A DNA stretch of 64,000 nt, from the NCBI GenBank assembly GCA_000002445.1, contig CP000068.1, forward strand, positions 64,001-128,000, read 5' to 3'. The notes under the pieces are model-generated. The model did not search any database. It had not been told where the DNA came from and saw nothing but the letters and a program-made list of their open reading frames with translations. Every line of letters starts with the position of its first letter. The first letter of the stretch is position 1. The stretch comes from Trypanosoma brucei (Eukaryota). Positions 1 to 12,125 of this stretch are shown piece by piece. The position numbers were made by a program, and so were the translations under genes.

Positions 1-847
1 CGGAGCTCAATTTCTGTTCCAGGATGTTGACGTTCTTCTCTCTATTAATTTTCCTGCAGAGCTCGTCAACCTTGAGACGGAAATTCCTCCAGTCAGCTTT
101 TAGCCATGCGTACATGGGCTTTTGAAGCCGCGGGCAACTCAGTGCATCTGTGTCGTCTCCAACGATAACGTCGAAAAATATGTGATGGTGATCGCTATCG
201 GGAGAATACAGCGATGTCCACGTGCACACTGTACAATTCCTTGACAGTGTCACATCAGGGGTAGACTCCCCGTGGTGGCGCGCGTACCTGGTGCACTCAC
301 CTGTGTTGCAGACCAGAAACTGGTTGTCAATGCACCACTGTGTGAGGGTTTCATCCTTGGTATTTGGTGGGATCGCGCGATCCCATGCCAACACGTGTGC
401 GTTAGCGTCTGCACCGATGAGCTGGGCACCGTCAGTTGTCAGAAGCGTATCTAGGTCAGTTGCCGTGAAGGTGTGTTTCAGTGGGATGTATGCCGACGTG
501 ACAGTCAGCGCCGTTCCACGTGCAAGGTGAATTGGTGCATGCACTTGTTCAATGCGACCACCAACGGCTATACCGGTCTCGACTGGTAGGTCCTCCTTCA
601 CTAGTATTGATACACCACCTCCTTTGCAGTTACGAGCTATTCCGTGATGTTGGTAGCCAGCAACGCTAAAGCAAGCCGCCTCTCCAGGCGTCATCCTTGT
701 CTCGCTCAACAGACAAAAGTTAATCCGCTCATCAACAAGGGTTTTGTGGAGTGCTAATCTCTTTCCTTGAGATAGCCCGGCGCAGTTCCACTGCATCCCG
801 CACAACGACGGGCCGGGATTCTCTTCCACATCACCGGACAGCAGCAT
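1..847 (-). CDS. ingi ORF, N-terminal part (partial; runs off the window). Start ATG is at 847-845. My own translation: MLLSGDVEENPGPSLCGMQWNCAGLSQGKRLALHKTLVDERINFCLLSETRMTPGEAACFSVAGYQHHGIARNCKGGGVSILVKEDL...SPDSDHHHIFFDV... The region has a 2A-like peptide followed by an AP-endonuclease domain.
   Basis: I translated the minus strand from the ATG at 847 myself. There are no stops down to position 1, and the ORF is missing from the supplied track presumably because it has no in-window stop. The DxExNPGP 2A consensus is at aa 6-13. The WNCxGL, LxETR and SDH motifs are typical of LINE APE domains. Confidence 0.75.
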   Translation of the reverse strand, partial: MLLSGDVEENPGPSLCGMQWNCAGLSQGKRLALHKTLVDERINFCLLSETRMTPGEAACFSVAGYQHHGIARNCKGGGVSILVKEDLPVETGIAVGGRIEQVHAPIHLARGTALTVTSAYIPLKHTFTATDLDTLLTTDGAQLIGADANAHVLAWDRAIPPNTKDETLTQWCIDNQFLVCNTGECTRYARHHGESTPDVTLSRNCTVCTWTSLYSPDSDHHHIFFDVIVGDDTDALSCPRLQKPMYAWLKADWRNFRLKVDELCRKINREKNVNILEQKLSS

Positions 848-1071
848 CTTAGTGCGGATGATACTGCTCATGGCACGCTGGCACGTGCACAAGGACCGAC
901 AAATGAAAAACGGTGTCCCAGCAAGACGCTGCTGATCCCTGTGCTGTATGATGCCGTAGCCGGAGCACAGCAGTGTTCCCCATGAAAGGAACGCTGCTGG
1001 CTCTTGGCTTCCCCCGATGATACGGGGTACTGGACCCTGGAACCACGTTGAGGCGGCCGGCATCACCAGGG
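1..1071 (-). mobile_element. ingi-type non-LTR (LINE-like) retrotransposon, 5' portion; the element continues past the window start. Its 5' terminus is at about 1071: the reverse complement of 1020-1071 reads CCCTGGTGATGCCGGCCGCCTCAACGTGGTTCCAGGGTCCAGTACCCCGTA.
   Basis: The reverse complement of 1000-1071 matches the conserved 5' end of trypanosome ingi/RIME (and L1Tc Pr77-like) elements as I recall them (CCCTGG...CCTCAACGTGG...CCAGGGTCCAGTACCCCGTATCATCGGGGG). An ORF with a 2A-like motif and AP-endonuclease motifs follows. Because coding sequence continues far beyond 250 bp, this is ingi rather than the 500-bp RIME. Confidence 0.8.
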
Positions 1072-1100
1072 AATGAAGTAAAAAATAATCCAAGACCATA

Positions 1101-1898
1101 TCATTTACCTATACCAGGTGTGCCAATAACAATATGTATCGGTGGTCTGTGAGCTGTCATTTCTACCCACCATGCTCTCAGCCTTTTTTCGACTTTATAC
1201 CACACGCGCATGATTTCACGACGGATATATACATGCTGAGATACTGCTTTGCGCCCCGTAGTGTAGTCCAATGCAAACCTGTTGTATGGCCAACCCTTCT
1301 CCGAAGTGAGAACAAAAATCTCCAAACCATTGGGTCTCTCCGGCACTTGTGCATCAACATTCGCAGGAAGAGGAGTTATATCCACCTCTTCTTCGGTCCA
1401 TATGCGCTGTGGTCTTCCGCAGAATACCTTCATTCCAAGTGGCTCTGCATCATAACCCGACATCACATAACTCCATTTCGCATCATAAATGGAATCGTAA
1501 GGACCTTCAACTTTGACATCACAAGCTGTTTGGGCAGCTCGTATCCTTGCTTCTTTGGCGGCCATCAATGCTGCATCCAGTTTTCCTCTCACTACGGGAC
1601 CAACAAATTCCCCGATTTGAGCAGTTGCATTCTCTTCCCATTGTTGCATGCCTCCAATTCCATTACGAGGCAGATAAATAACTGCCCTCAGTAATTGAAA
1701 CTCATCGATATCCCGTATTTCTTCAAGAATCCCTGTATAAACAACATATTCTTCCGGATCCATAACAAACTCAACCATTGACACGTTAGGGGTGCCTAGG
1801 GTTTCACCGATGTGTTGATTCAAAAATTCATGAAGTTTCATATCCTTCAAACCCGCATATTCTTCCAGCAACACATCTTTGACATTGCTTCCCAACAC
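1101..1898 (-). pseudogene. Truncated ORF (265 aa) ending ...HIVIGTPGIGK followed by a stop, immediately before the ingi 5' end. I interpret it as the N-terminal fragment of a retrotransposon hot spot (RHS)-family gene interrupted by the ingi insertion.
   Basis: The ORF terminates in the middle of a Walker-A (GxxGxGK[ST]) motif 29 bp from the ingi terminus. RHS genes are a trypanosome multigene family known for a P-loop motif and for a conserved retroelement insertion hot spot. I recognise only the architecture; I have not confirmed the family by alignment. Confidence 0.45.
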
Positions 1899-4800
1899 CC
1901 ATTTGGGACAATTGGTTTCCTTCCCCGAAAATTACAATGTGGGACTGTAACGGAAGATATTCCGATGAGCACTCCAGAGAGGCAGAGTGACGGAGAGAGG
2001 AGAAAAGAAATATGGTCTTGTACTGTACCGTCTCAGCGATCCACAAAGTGGGAGTGCAAAACAGCGTTTGAAAAACATTAACAACAGAATTGATAACCTT
2101 AAACTTAAAAAAATAGTAAATAGAAACAAGAGTTGTATAAGGTATAATAATAATATGATACTGCGTCGTCAAGTATCATTTGAAGAGATGTATGCACATG
2201 ACTAAACTTTGAAAGCCAACAACACAGTTCATCCACAGTGCTAATAGATTTCACTCACTACACCAAATAAAGATACAAACAGTTGAATCAAAGTAACAAG
2301 AACACATTATATATCATATCAACATAGGATTAAATGTGTAAGGGCGTCCAACCGCATACGCGATACGTAAATGTGACAGCAACCACTATATATACCGTAA
2401 CTAAACTGCCGCACAAGAATATACTTTATTCTTAATGAATATCCAGTCATTTACGACAGTTACTCGACATACGTGTAAACAATTTCTTGTAAATAGAATC
2501 CACATATGATAAATGGATACAATCCCCTTGAGGAGTGTTGGACATGTATTAATGGTAACATGACTCAAAGGGAACCCAGTACAATAACGGGCAGCGCACT
2601 TTCCATGGGATTCACATATCATACCCTGTTTAATTATAATGAAATCCAACACACATACACTACAGTACATAGAGCATTAATAGGAGTTTAACTCAATCAC
2701 AAGTTACGATAAATCGAAACAGTAAGCACAACGTGAAACTCAGTGAAGAATCTGTGAGGAAAGGAAAATACATAAATCAGTGACAATAATATACAAATAT
2801 GAAATATGAGTAAAACAATTCATGTAAATATACAGCAAAATCAACAACAGCATAGCTTACGGTATTACAATAATCGTTGTATTTTCATTGTCGTTTGAAT
2901 GAAGTAACTAACTGCAGAAACCCCTCCACCTACGTTGCTGTGAGGAGCAACTGTGGTAAAGGTCTGGTAAGAACTGTTGGTAGATCACTACTGCGCCCCA
3001 CATGTGCAGAATAATGTTGCTACAGCTTTCTACTATTATTAATGCATTTGCTCTCACCTCCATACGTGTCAACAAGCTCTGAGGTTGAAAATAAACTGCG
3101 GTGTATAAATGGTTCGTGTTTTCTCTTTGCCCAAATATTCATGGTAGAAAAATGAATAATACTGTGAGTGATATTAAATACAAACAAAATTGCGTTACTC
3201 TCCTTGTTAATATCAACGGTACACAAGGACATACCCTGTTACTCTCATGACGATCCATGAAGTAAGCAAAGTGTCTTTCATTATAACAAAGCGGAAAGAA
3301 AACTAAAAAAGAGAGATAAGTTCCCAAATATTTCCCACATGTTCGCCTTTCTTCCTATAGAAGAGCAACTAACTGAAGGAACACATGAATTTCTAAAATA
3401 AATAGAAGTATATATCTTTTTTTCTAGATGCAGCGTGAGTTTGCAGCACACACTCACTCACCATCACCGACATGTTTCTTACGCGCTCTCTACGCTCACA
3501 TTACACAACCAACTGAAAGCATTAATATACAAAAAAGGAAGCCTATCGCTATTGTATAAATTTTACGCCCTATGATGATGATAAGGAGAATTAACCGAGG
3601 CATATGTAATCCCAAGTCCCTTCCTCCACTCCGTTATTTAAGAAATTCTGATACTCTAAAATAACAAAACACAACAAAAATGTGCAACAGTACCAACGTA
3701 CGCACACCAGTCGAACACATTCCTTTAGAAGACCATATGCGCGTTCCCTCATAATTTCATTCTCATGGGATGCCGCATCCCATCTACAAAAGCAAACCAA
3801 AGAAATAAAACAGAAACATTACTATTTAGATTATTAATGTAAGTAGCAGTATCCATCCAATTTCGTTCATCAAGAAAAGACAGTATCTGGAGAACGTCAG
3901 TGCAAGTGTATCTTGTAAACCAAACAATTACTCATGATTTGCCTTGTCATTGAAACTTTGTGATATACAACGCCGATGGTAGAATAAAGGAGACACTATT
4001 AATGTGATGGAGTTATGCATGCGCCACTCCGACTGTTCACAAATAAATGCAAATATCACAGTCTCATTATTTTCCAAATATACCCAACAAATAGGAAGCA
4101 AGTATTTTCTAGAATATGTGAAATACACGTCACCGCATCCACAATATAATAAGCGAAAATGAGACTCCATTTTCAAAAGCAAACATACAATCATGACAAT
4201 ACCGAGCACCATTTCCCTCGTGTATCCAAAAGACTCTGATACATAAGAGAGCAATTCGTAAAAGATGTCTAGAATAATATGAGGAAGGAGAAAATAATGC
4301 TCAGAATTTCTGGTACTCAGCCTAATGGAAATGAATATGATTGACAAAAATGATTTATTTTCTTTTTTACAGAAAGAGAGAGAGAACAAGCTGAAACGAG
4401 AGCAAACATGTACGATCGTAACTCTCAAACGGGTTGAGGCATAAGCTTCCTTTGTATCAACAATTTGTGCCCAACATTTTTTACTCAGTGCACTTTTTTT
4501 TTTTTTTACGTGCATGCTTTAGTGAGACTTCATTTAGTCATCCAGCTGAAAAAGGGGGAACACTCCCAATCCAATCGTCGAACATTTCTCTGATGTGCTT
4601 TTCCATTTCCTCTTGCCTAATTGCTAGAACTCAGCTTTCCGTGATTTCTATTGCAGTTACCACCTCAATCCTACTGTTTGAAACCGCAGTCACGTCACCA
4701 GAAAAAGAAATCTTTAGTTTTATTTCCAAGTCCCGCTATGACGCTTTCAGCTGAGGAAGGCGACCATCTCTTCCCCATCTGAATTCGCGTATTTTATGTG

Positions 4801-6508
4801 GTAAGAATCTTGCACTTTGGCATCTAGTTATGAAAGGCCAATTTTTAATCGGATGCTCGGTCAGCACATTCGGTTTCTGTAACATAACAGATCCACTGCC
4901 ACAGTCCCATACATCTCTCACTCCACACTTTGTACCCTCGACGTTATGTAGTAACAAAAGCGCTTCAGACCACTCCATCATCACACAATCCCCCTAAGAA
5001 GAGGATGCACGAGAGGTTATAAGCAAGTGGAAATTAAACGGTTCCCCATTTACATTCCGAGAACTTTCCAGAAATCAAAAGAAATTCACTGATGGAGATT
5101 CCGTAGCGTTTGTGGAGTCCTGTAAGCCCTACTTCACTTCTAACCAGTATTATCGTGATATCTTAATTTCCGAGCAGATCCGCGCACTGCAGTTTATTGA
5201 ATTATGTGGAGTGAACTGCAAATTCAGTCATGAAGAGCGTTTCTGAAGGGTCGGTGGGCTTTTGAATGCGACTCATCAGGGGCGACGTGACCTCCTTAAA
5301 ATATCCACTGAGGAACTTAACTTTATTCAACTGTTAACTGCGATGACGACGTTAGTGGCGGCCGCCTGATGGGCGGTGGCTTTGGTGGCTGTATTCTCCT
5401 CATTTAAAAAAAAAGCTGTGAACCGTGTAGCAAAAAGCGTTCAAAAGAAATTTAAGACTAAGTTTGGAACTACCTGCGAGACTTATCCAGTTGAGCTCGG
5501 TGACGGCACCTTCGCCCGTCCCCCATGGAATGGTGCGTGGGGAAAGCTGTGAAAATGGCTTATGATGTCTGATCTTTCATGTTGTTTTTGTTTGGGGGGA
5601 GGGGTGGTCTTATTTTGTTTCTTATTGATTTTCATTACTTCAATTATTCTTTGGTTTTTTTCTTTCTGCAGTTGTTGTTCCTCAGTTGGTGTATTTCCAG
5701 CCTCGTTTTTTTTTTGGTTTTGCCACATAGTTACACTTCCCTATGTGAGCTACTGGAAACAAGCAAGATTAAAAAAAAAAAATTATTATTATTATTATTT
5801 CCGCAACGCATCCCAACTTGGGTGTACAGGTAAGACGTCATGATGTTCTTTGTTACTATTAAATATGGTTGTAATGCATTTGAAAACTTTTTTTTCTTTT
5901 TCAGAGTCTTCTTGTTGTTTTTTTTGGTTATTTGTTTTTTAATTTGTTTTGCATTTCCCCTTCCCCCTCCTCCACAACGTCTTTTCCGCACTGAGACGAT
6001 GGCTTGCGAAAGGAGCGGTAATTGCTTCTGTGCTGTCATGTAGTAGAAACGCATTTCCATTATTTGTTATTTACTGTTAGTTATTATAAGTTGTTTGTTT
6101 ATTATATTTTTTGTTTGTATGGGAGTCCATGCAATTCATTAACTCTTCTCTCTTAGTGTTGGTGTTGGGTTGAAAAATGTTTTGGATATTTCCTTTTTTT
6201 TCTTTTTTTATCGGAACAAATCAGTGAAAATAAAATATAACAGAGTTAGCATACGAAAGGGGTCTTTTATTGCTTCGATGTGCAATCATTCTTTTATGAC
6301 ACGTGTGAATTTTAAAAATGAAAGAAAAGAAATGCAACACTTCCCTTCTCTTATTTTAATGAAGAAAAGTCAAAATTAGAAATTATTTTTTCATCATTTT
6401 TCATTATTTGTCCATTGCGTCAGCGGTTAGTTCTTTTATGGAATTATGTTTTTTTATGTTGCCGGGCTCCGGCACCATTATGATTTCTCGTCGTTATTTC
6501 TTTATATT

Positions 6509-6511
<3 letters not shown>

Positions 6512-6539
<28 letters not shown>
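6512..6539. repeat. (AT)n microsatellite
   Basis: Read directly from the sequence. Confidence 0.95.
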
Positions 6540-6542
<3 letters not shown>

Positions 6543-8588
6543 TAAATATATAAACCTACACGCACATCGACGCGAAAGAAGAGCCAACAATGGCATTGCA
6601 TTTATGATGATGTGAGGAGAAGTGTCGATGTTTATTTGTTGAGACATTCGGAATATTTTGCTTATGGGCGAATTGTTTTCTTTTTTTCCCTCCTCTTTTT
6701 CGTCAAAAACAAAAAGAAAAGCTTCACATGCCCTATGAAGTTTATTTGAGGAGTTGTTAACGACAGTCGGGTGGAATGACTCCGTAGGGCACATAAGGCA
6801 AAAAAAAAAAGGAGGTAGAGGATATAATCAAGTGCCTCATATTCGGGGCACCGAGATGTCAAACGTCTACATATTAAAGTTCGAAACTGAGAGAAACAAA
6901 TATCAAATAACAATAATAATAATATTGGAAAGATGGCCGTTAATAGTTGCAAAAGTGTGAGAAATGGAGGACTGCGTTCCGTTAGTTGTTGAAAGGCATC
7001 GGTGAAGTTACGGCATTTATGCATATGGCAGCCACCAACGGCCGAAGTTACGCGGGACTGGAGCATGGGGAACAGGTCGCCACCGCCCAATACATTTTTG
7101 CAACCCGGACCTCGTTATTCCATCGACGAGTTGGCGCAGCTGGTTTCCCTCTCCGGGATTGTTTTGGGGTCATTCCTGTGCGCACCAGAATTGAATCCCC
7201 TACCAAACTAATTCCACAATAAAGCAACTTTGACTCTTGGCATATCCAGTCCTTGCGGCTTCGACTCGCCATGCGACTGCCGCTTCTCCTTTCCGGCAAT
7301 GCATCCGACAACAACACGATAACGCGGACCATGCAAAAATGAGGGGTCTTATGGGGGAAAGATAAGCTCCGGAAGCACCAACCGACCCACTTCCCGAAGG
7401 CACTCAATTTCCTCGACGCCTTTATAAAGAGAGACGAGAACACTTTTCTGCCAGTCTCTTTTGAGGGGATGGAGCACATGGCCAAATCCAGAGTTTCAGG
7501 GCCTGAACTCGAAAGTACAAAAACGTGTGAAACACCACATGTTTCGCTACTCTTGTCCCATTTATCGCAGACGAGCTTTTTCGGCACCGCAACGAAACAT
7601 GATATGGAGAGGTACACAACCCTTTATTCAAGTCCGAGCACCGATTCCGCTATAAACACAACATGATGAAGATCGTTATTTAGTCCAAATTGCCAAACGA
7701 TGATGAGTCGCGCAAAAAAAAAAGGGGAGGAGCCTTAAAACCGCGACACCGATAATCGCGGTGTATATTCAACTGAAAAGTTTTCAACAGACACAATCGC
7801 TTATTCCCCTCAATATACACAACTATGCTTCAATCCGATTAGCTAATCAACGTTTGCGACAAATGAACCAATGATTATCCCTACGAGCCCATGAAACAGT
7901 GGTCATAAAAAAAAAAAAACTAAACCCAAGGAAATAAAAGAAAATAAAAAGAAAAACAAACAGAAAGAGGGGAAACTGAAAAGGAAGGAGTCTCAAGAAA
8001 TAACACTACACACACATGCATTAACTCCCATGATGGGCAGGGGTGTAATATTGCCAACGAGCCTCATCGATCAACAAAATTCATTTCCCCAGAAACTTTA
8101 AGCCCTGCATTACTGCCAGAATTTGCAAAAAGAAAAATGTTATTACGCAAAACGATAGACCTTACAGCCACGCATGCGGAAAATTAAATGTTAGGAAGGG
8201 TAAGAGGTTTAAAAAAAAACGCATAGGAGAGGCCTTGAGCTGATTTCAATCAAAGTTTAAATGGCTCCTTTATTCGTCCTCCTCCAAACGTTTTTTATGG
8301 GAGGGCGAACCGTACCGTCACGACACGTTACAGCTTCAAGGCTGTTTTACTGAATGCACCGGGTCACACGCACTCTTTTTCCATCAAACGCTACGTAGTC
8401 TCTCTGTCCCTCCTCTTTTTCATTTTCTTTTTGCTCTCGTTTTTTTTTATTTTTCCCGTGCTTTCAGGACAGATACGAGCAAAAGAAGGAAAAGAAAAAA
8501 AAAGAGTTTGAAGACACATTCATTCATTCATTGCCACCGCATCCGTACCGACGGGGGCCTAACGAAAAGATTACGTTCAGTTATTGAT

Positions 8589-9551
8589 TCACATCTTTGT
8601 TTTGCGATGGGCATATGTTTCCGCGAAACGCTTCAGCAACCAATCCACAGCACGGACTGGTGGATATTTGGGGGGATTGCTTGGCGAATGGCAATGATCA
8701 AGGCATTTAATAACAGTATAAGGATTAGGCTCACAGAAAAATGGCATGGAGTAGCGATCAGTTGTGGTTAAGCGAACGCGATGCGGTGTTGAGCGGTAAC
8801 GGCCATTACTCCACATATTCATCATGTCCCCAATATTCACAACAAAACTTCCTTCAAGGGGTTCCACATCCACCCACTCATCTGACAGATTGCGCACCTG
8901 CAGTCCTCCCACCGAATCTTGGTAGAGTAATGTAATAATACCATAATCCGTATGCTCACCACACACGATGGGATAACGGGTCCCTTGCTTTTGTGGAGGA
9001 TAATGTAGCATACGGAACACACTCAAAGGTTCATCAAATTTGGTATCGAAAAAGTCTTTCTTTAAACCAATAGCGAGTGCGAGGGCACGAAGAATAACGA
9101 GGGCAAATTCCTGCATTTCGCGATAATGTCTGTTCATCAACTCTACCCAACCTTTCACTTGCGTGGGGTGATTGTTCGGTCCACGCAATGGCTTTCCAGC
9201 TGCAACATCGGGGTGATCCTCAGGGAGATGACAGCCCATATTAAATGTTTCTTTACAATCAAATGGTTTCGTTGGGTCAACATTCTCCGCATCGAGGCAT
9301 CCGTAACCGCGATGATGTTTGCTCTTTCGAATATCAACCTTAAGTTTCTCTTCCAATGGAAGCGAAAAAAAAGCCTTGGCCATTTCCATCAACTTTTCCG
9401 TTCGCTCACGGGGAATGGGATGACCCACAACAAGAAAAACACCCCACGTCCTACAGGCATGATCAATCTGTTTCGCAACATCCATCATCCCCTTTTCTCC
9501 ATCACAGAACAGAGGGCCGACATCAATAACTGGAATCGAGCCGTGAGCCAT
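8589..9551 (-). CDS. 2-oxoglutarate/Fe(II)-dependent dioxygenase family protein (isopenicillin-N-synthase-like / iron-ascorbate oxidoreductase-like), 320 aa
   Basis: The N-terminus MAHGSIPVIDVGPLF... resembles the characteristic 2OG-oxygenase N-terminal region. It has HxD...H-type iron-binding context (HTDYG...H) and an RxS-like 2OG-binding tail (NGRYRSTPHRV). The ORF is clean at 320 aa. Confidence 0.75.
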   Translation of the reverse strand: MAHGSIPVIDVGPLFCDGEKGMMDVAKQIDHACRTWGVFLVVGHPIPRERTEKLMEMAKAFFSLPLEEKLKVDIRKSKHHRGYGCLDAENVDPTKPFDCKETFNMGCHLPEDHPDVAAGKPLRGPNNHPTQVKGWVELMNRHYREMQEFALVILRALALAIGLKKDFFDTKFDEPLSVFRMLHYPPQKQGTRYPIVCGEHTDYGIITLLYQDSVGGLQVRNLSDEWVDVEPLEGSFVVNIGDMMNMWSNGRYRSTPHRVRLTTTDRYSMPFFCEPNPYTVIKCLDHCHSPSNPPKYPPVRAVDWLLKRFAETYAHRKTKM

Positions 9552-12125
9552 CGGTTACGTTTATTTATTTGCTCGTGTTCGCTTTTCTTTTTTTTTAAAA
9601 AATTTTGCTGGGGAGTACACCTCGATGCAATATTAATGATGGAAATAATGGTTATAATAATAATGATAATTTGTATGCGCTATGTGCCTTTTTTTTTTCC
9701 TTTTGCTTTGGTTGGGAACCCGAAAGTTACCCTCACGCATACATGCACCAATAAATACAACGATATATATAAAGTGAAAAGAATGAAGGAAGAAGTTAGA
9801 TAACAAACAGATGCAACTTAAGATGAGGAGACCCTTTGAAAACAATGTCGCATGAACTGCAGCTCCTTTGGATCGTAAAATAATTCCTGGACATCACACC
9901 TTATATAATTCCAAAACAGAGGGGAATGCACTAATCAGATTCTCTTAATTATGATTACACTGTAACGAAATTATATGTGCGTGTACTGTTGCAGTGGGGA
10001 ACATCTGTACAACATGCTTCCATTATGTCCAGACGTTTCCACCAGGATCTTGTTAACGAGATTATTTTTTGTTTTTGCGCTGATCTGCGAGGTGAAACAA
10101 GTCCAAACACAACAAAAACAAGCCCGTACAAATTCAGTAAATGCAATTTTCGTCTATCCACATTTCCTCGTTGTTGTTGTTGCTGTTGTTTTTAAATTCC
10201 CGATTCTTCACCCGCCTGAATGTTGCTGCTCAGTTTGTTTTTAAAACCCATTGAAAACCTCCCCAAACCCCCCGCCCCCCGGGCCCGCCCGATAGGAATT
10301 TTTGGTTTATCATACCTGCGATATAAGTAAAGAAACGAACCAACTTGACATCACGCCATCATCATAACAACTTTTGTTGGTTTTTTTCTATTATTTTACT
10401 TTTCCACCTTTATTTTATTTTATTTCCTTTCCTTTGTTGATGTTATCATGATGGAGAGAAGTGAAGCGGTTGTCCCAAATTCCTCTACGGGAAAGTTAAG
10501 GTATTAAGAACGCATTTAGAGAGATGGAAACAATTCGGCAGCAACAACAACAGCAACAACAACACACGTGCATACAAACCAGTGAAAGAAGACGTATCCA
10601 TTCATTCCTTATTGCTTCTTTTCCCCTCTTCATGATTTATTTGTTTATTTCTTCGTGGTATGTTGTGGCTCACAAAATCCCTCCTCCAAAAATGTCTGAG
10701 AGTTTACCCAAGAAAACCAACACATATGTATTCATGCAAAGACTGAGGTGAAGCTAAAAAGAAAAAGAAGAGATAACGCGACTTCTCGCACCTTTTCTCT
10801 CATACCGTAAATGTGTAAGCATACATGCATTCATATGCGTATCTTCATACGCGTTGATTAATTTGAAAATGAAAAGCCGGTAATAAGAATTTTCTTTTAA
10901 AGTATTATTACCATTTGTATTAATCTGAAGAAAAAACAAATGGGGTTGAGGGAAGGATAAAGAAGATAGGGAGGAGCGAAATCAAGAAGCAAAAAGGTAA
11001 TTGGAAAAAGCTGAGGGTGTGGAAAGGATATATTGACACAAAATGTGTATATACACATATACGTGAACGTATATATGATACGTAAAGGAGGAAAGGTGAA
11101 CACAATAACAATAACAGAAACTGAAAAGAAATACCGAAACTTCTCATTTCATCTCTTCCCCTTCCTCTCTTTTTTTTTTATTCACACCATCACCATTATT
11201 ATTTTGCACAGTGCTTTATTCCACTCGCACTGAAACGTTTGTTAAGCGGAAGATGAAAAAAGGAAAAAAGGGGCCTTCAAAGTAAAAAAAAAAAGTGGCA
11301 ATTCTGTGTTGAATAAATGCATCATTATTTATTTTACCCTTTGATTAGATTGCTTCACTCTTTTTACTTTTTACCATTGTGGGTCCGCTTATATTTACCC
11401 ACAGTATTTATTCATTTTCTTTTTTTTTTCAGCTTTCCAACTCCTTCTGCCATCCCCTCTCGTATCCCCCCCCCCAAAAAAAAAAAAGCGAAGTCGGGTA
11501 TTTGCGCAAACAAAACAAAACAACGGGTAACATTAAAATGAGGGCAAACAAACAAACAAACTCGAAAAGGAGTAAATATAAAGAAGGCGGGCCCAAGAAG
11601 AGCATATTCTCACGTACACATATTTACGAACTTGCAAGAAAGAGAAGAACTCTTTCCATTTTCTTATTCTTCTCTATATTTACCCTCCTCTAAGGTAAAA
11701 CATAACGCAGGCGTTCATTTTGTTATCGGTTACTATCCCGAAATGGTGTTGCTTAAAATGGCAATCCCGTAGCAATGATAATAATAATTATTATTATTAT
11801 TCGATATGCGTCTTTCCCTATTCCACTAAATCATTTTCGGCCACTTGCCATTACATTTAATTTCACCTCACCTCACCTCACTTCATCCATTCAGCAATAT
11901 TCACTCTCCCTCTTAAGTATAATTCGGTAGTTCAATTCTATTATTTTGTTTTCCCACACGTACACAACATTTCTGTGCTCTTTTCTGCTACGAATTGCAC
12001 CACGAAATCACGCAATGCCCCGCGCAGTGAAGGAAAGAAGTGAAATGAAGCGAAGTGAAGTAAGCGTCTACAATACAGCAGTTCCAGAAACATTTTCATT
12101 TATCCACTCACCACATCCTATGGTA

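Noticed and set aside
3928-4515. A 195-aa minus-strand ORF in the AT-rich desert.
   Set aside because: It is A/T-codon driven (runs of K/F/I/L), with no signal of domain structure or a polypyrimidine/AG upstream context. The ORF is likely a chance product of low GC content.
7048-7617. A 189-aa minus-strand ORF, plus a GC-richer patch at 6960-7220 that superficially resembles a tRNA T-arm (cagaattgaatcccct).
   Set aside because: I could not fold a canonical cloverleaf (no acceptor or D-stem complementarity). The ORF has no recognisable motifs. It is left as unannotated.
9126-9803. A 225-aa plus-strand ORF overlapping the 2OG-oxygenase gene.
   Set aside because: It is antisense to a well-supported CDS, and the translation is low-complexity.
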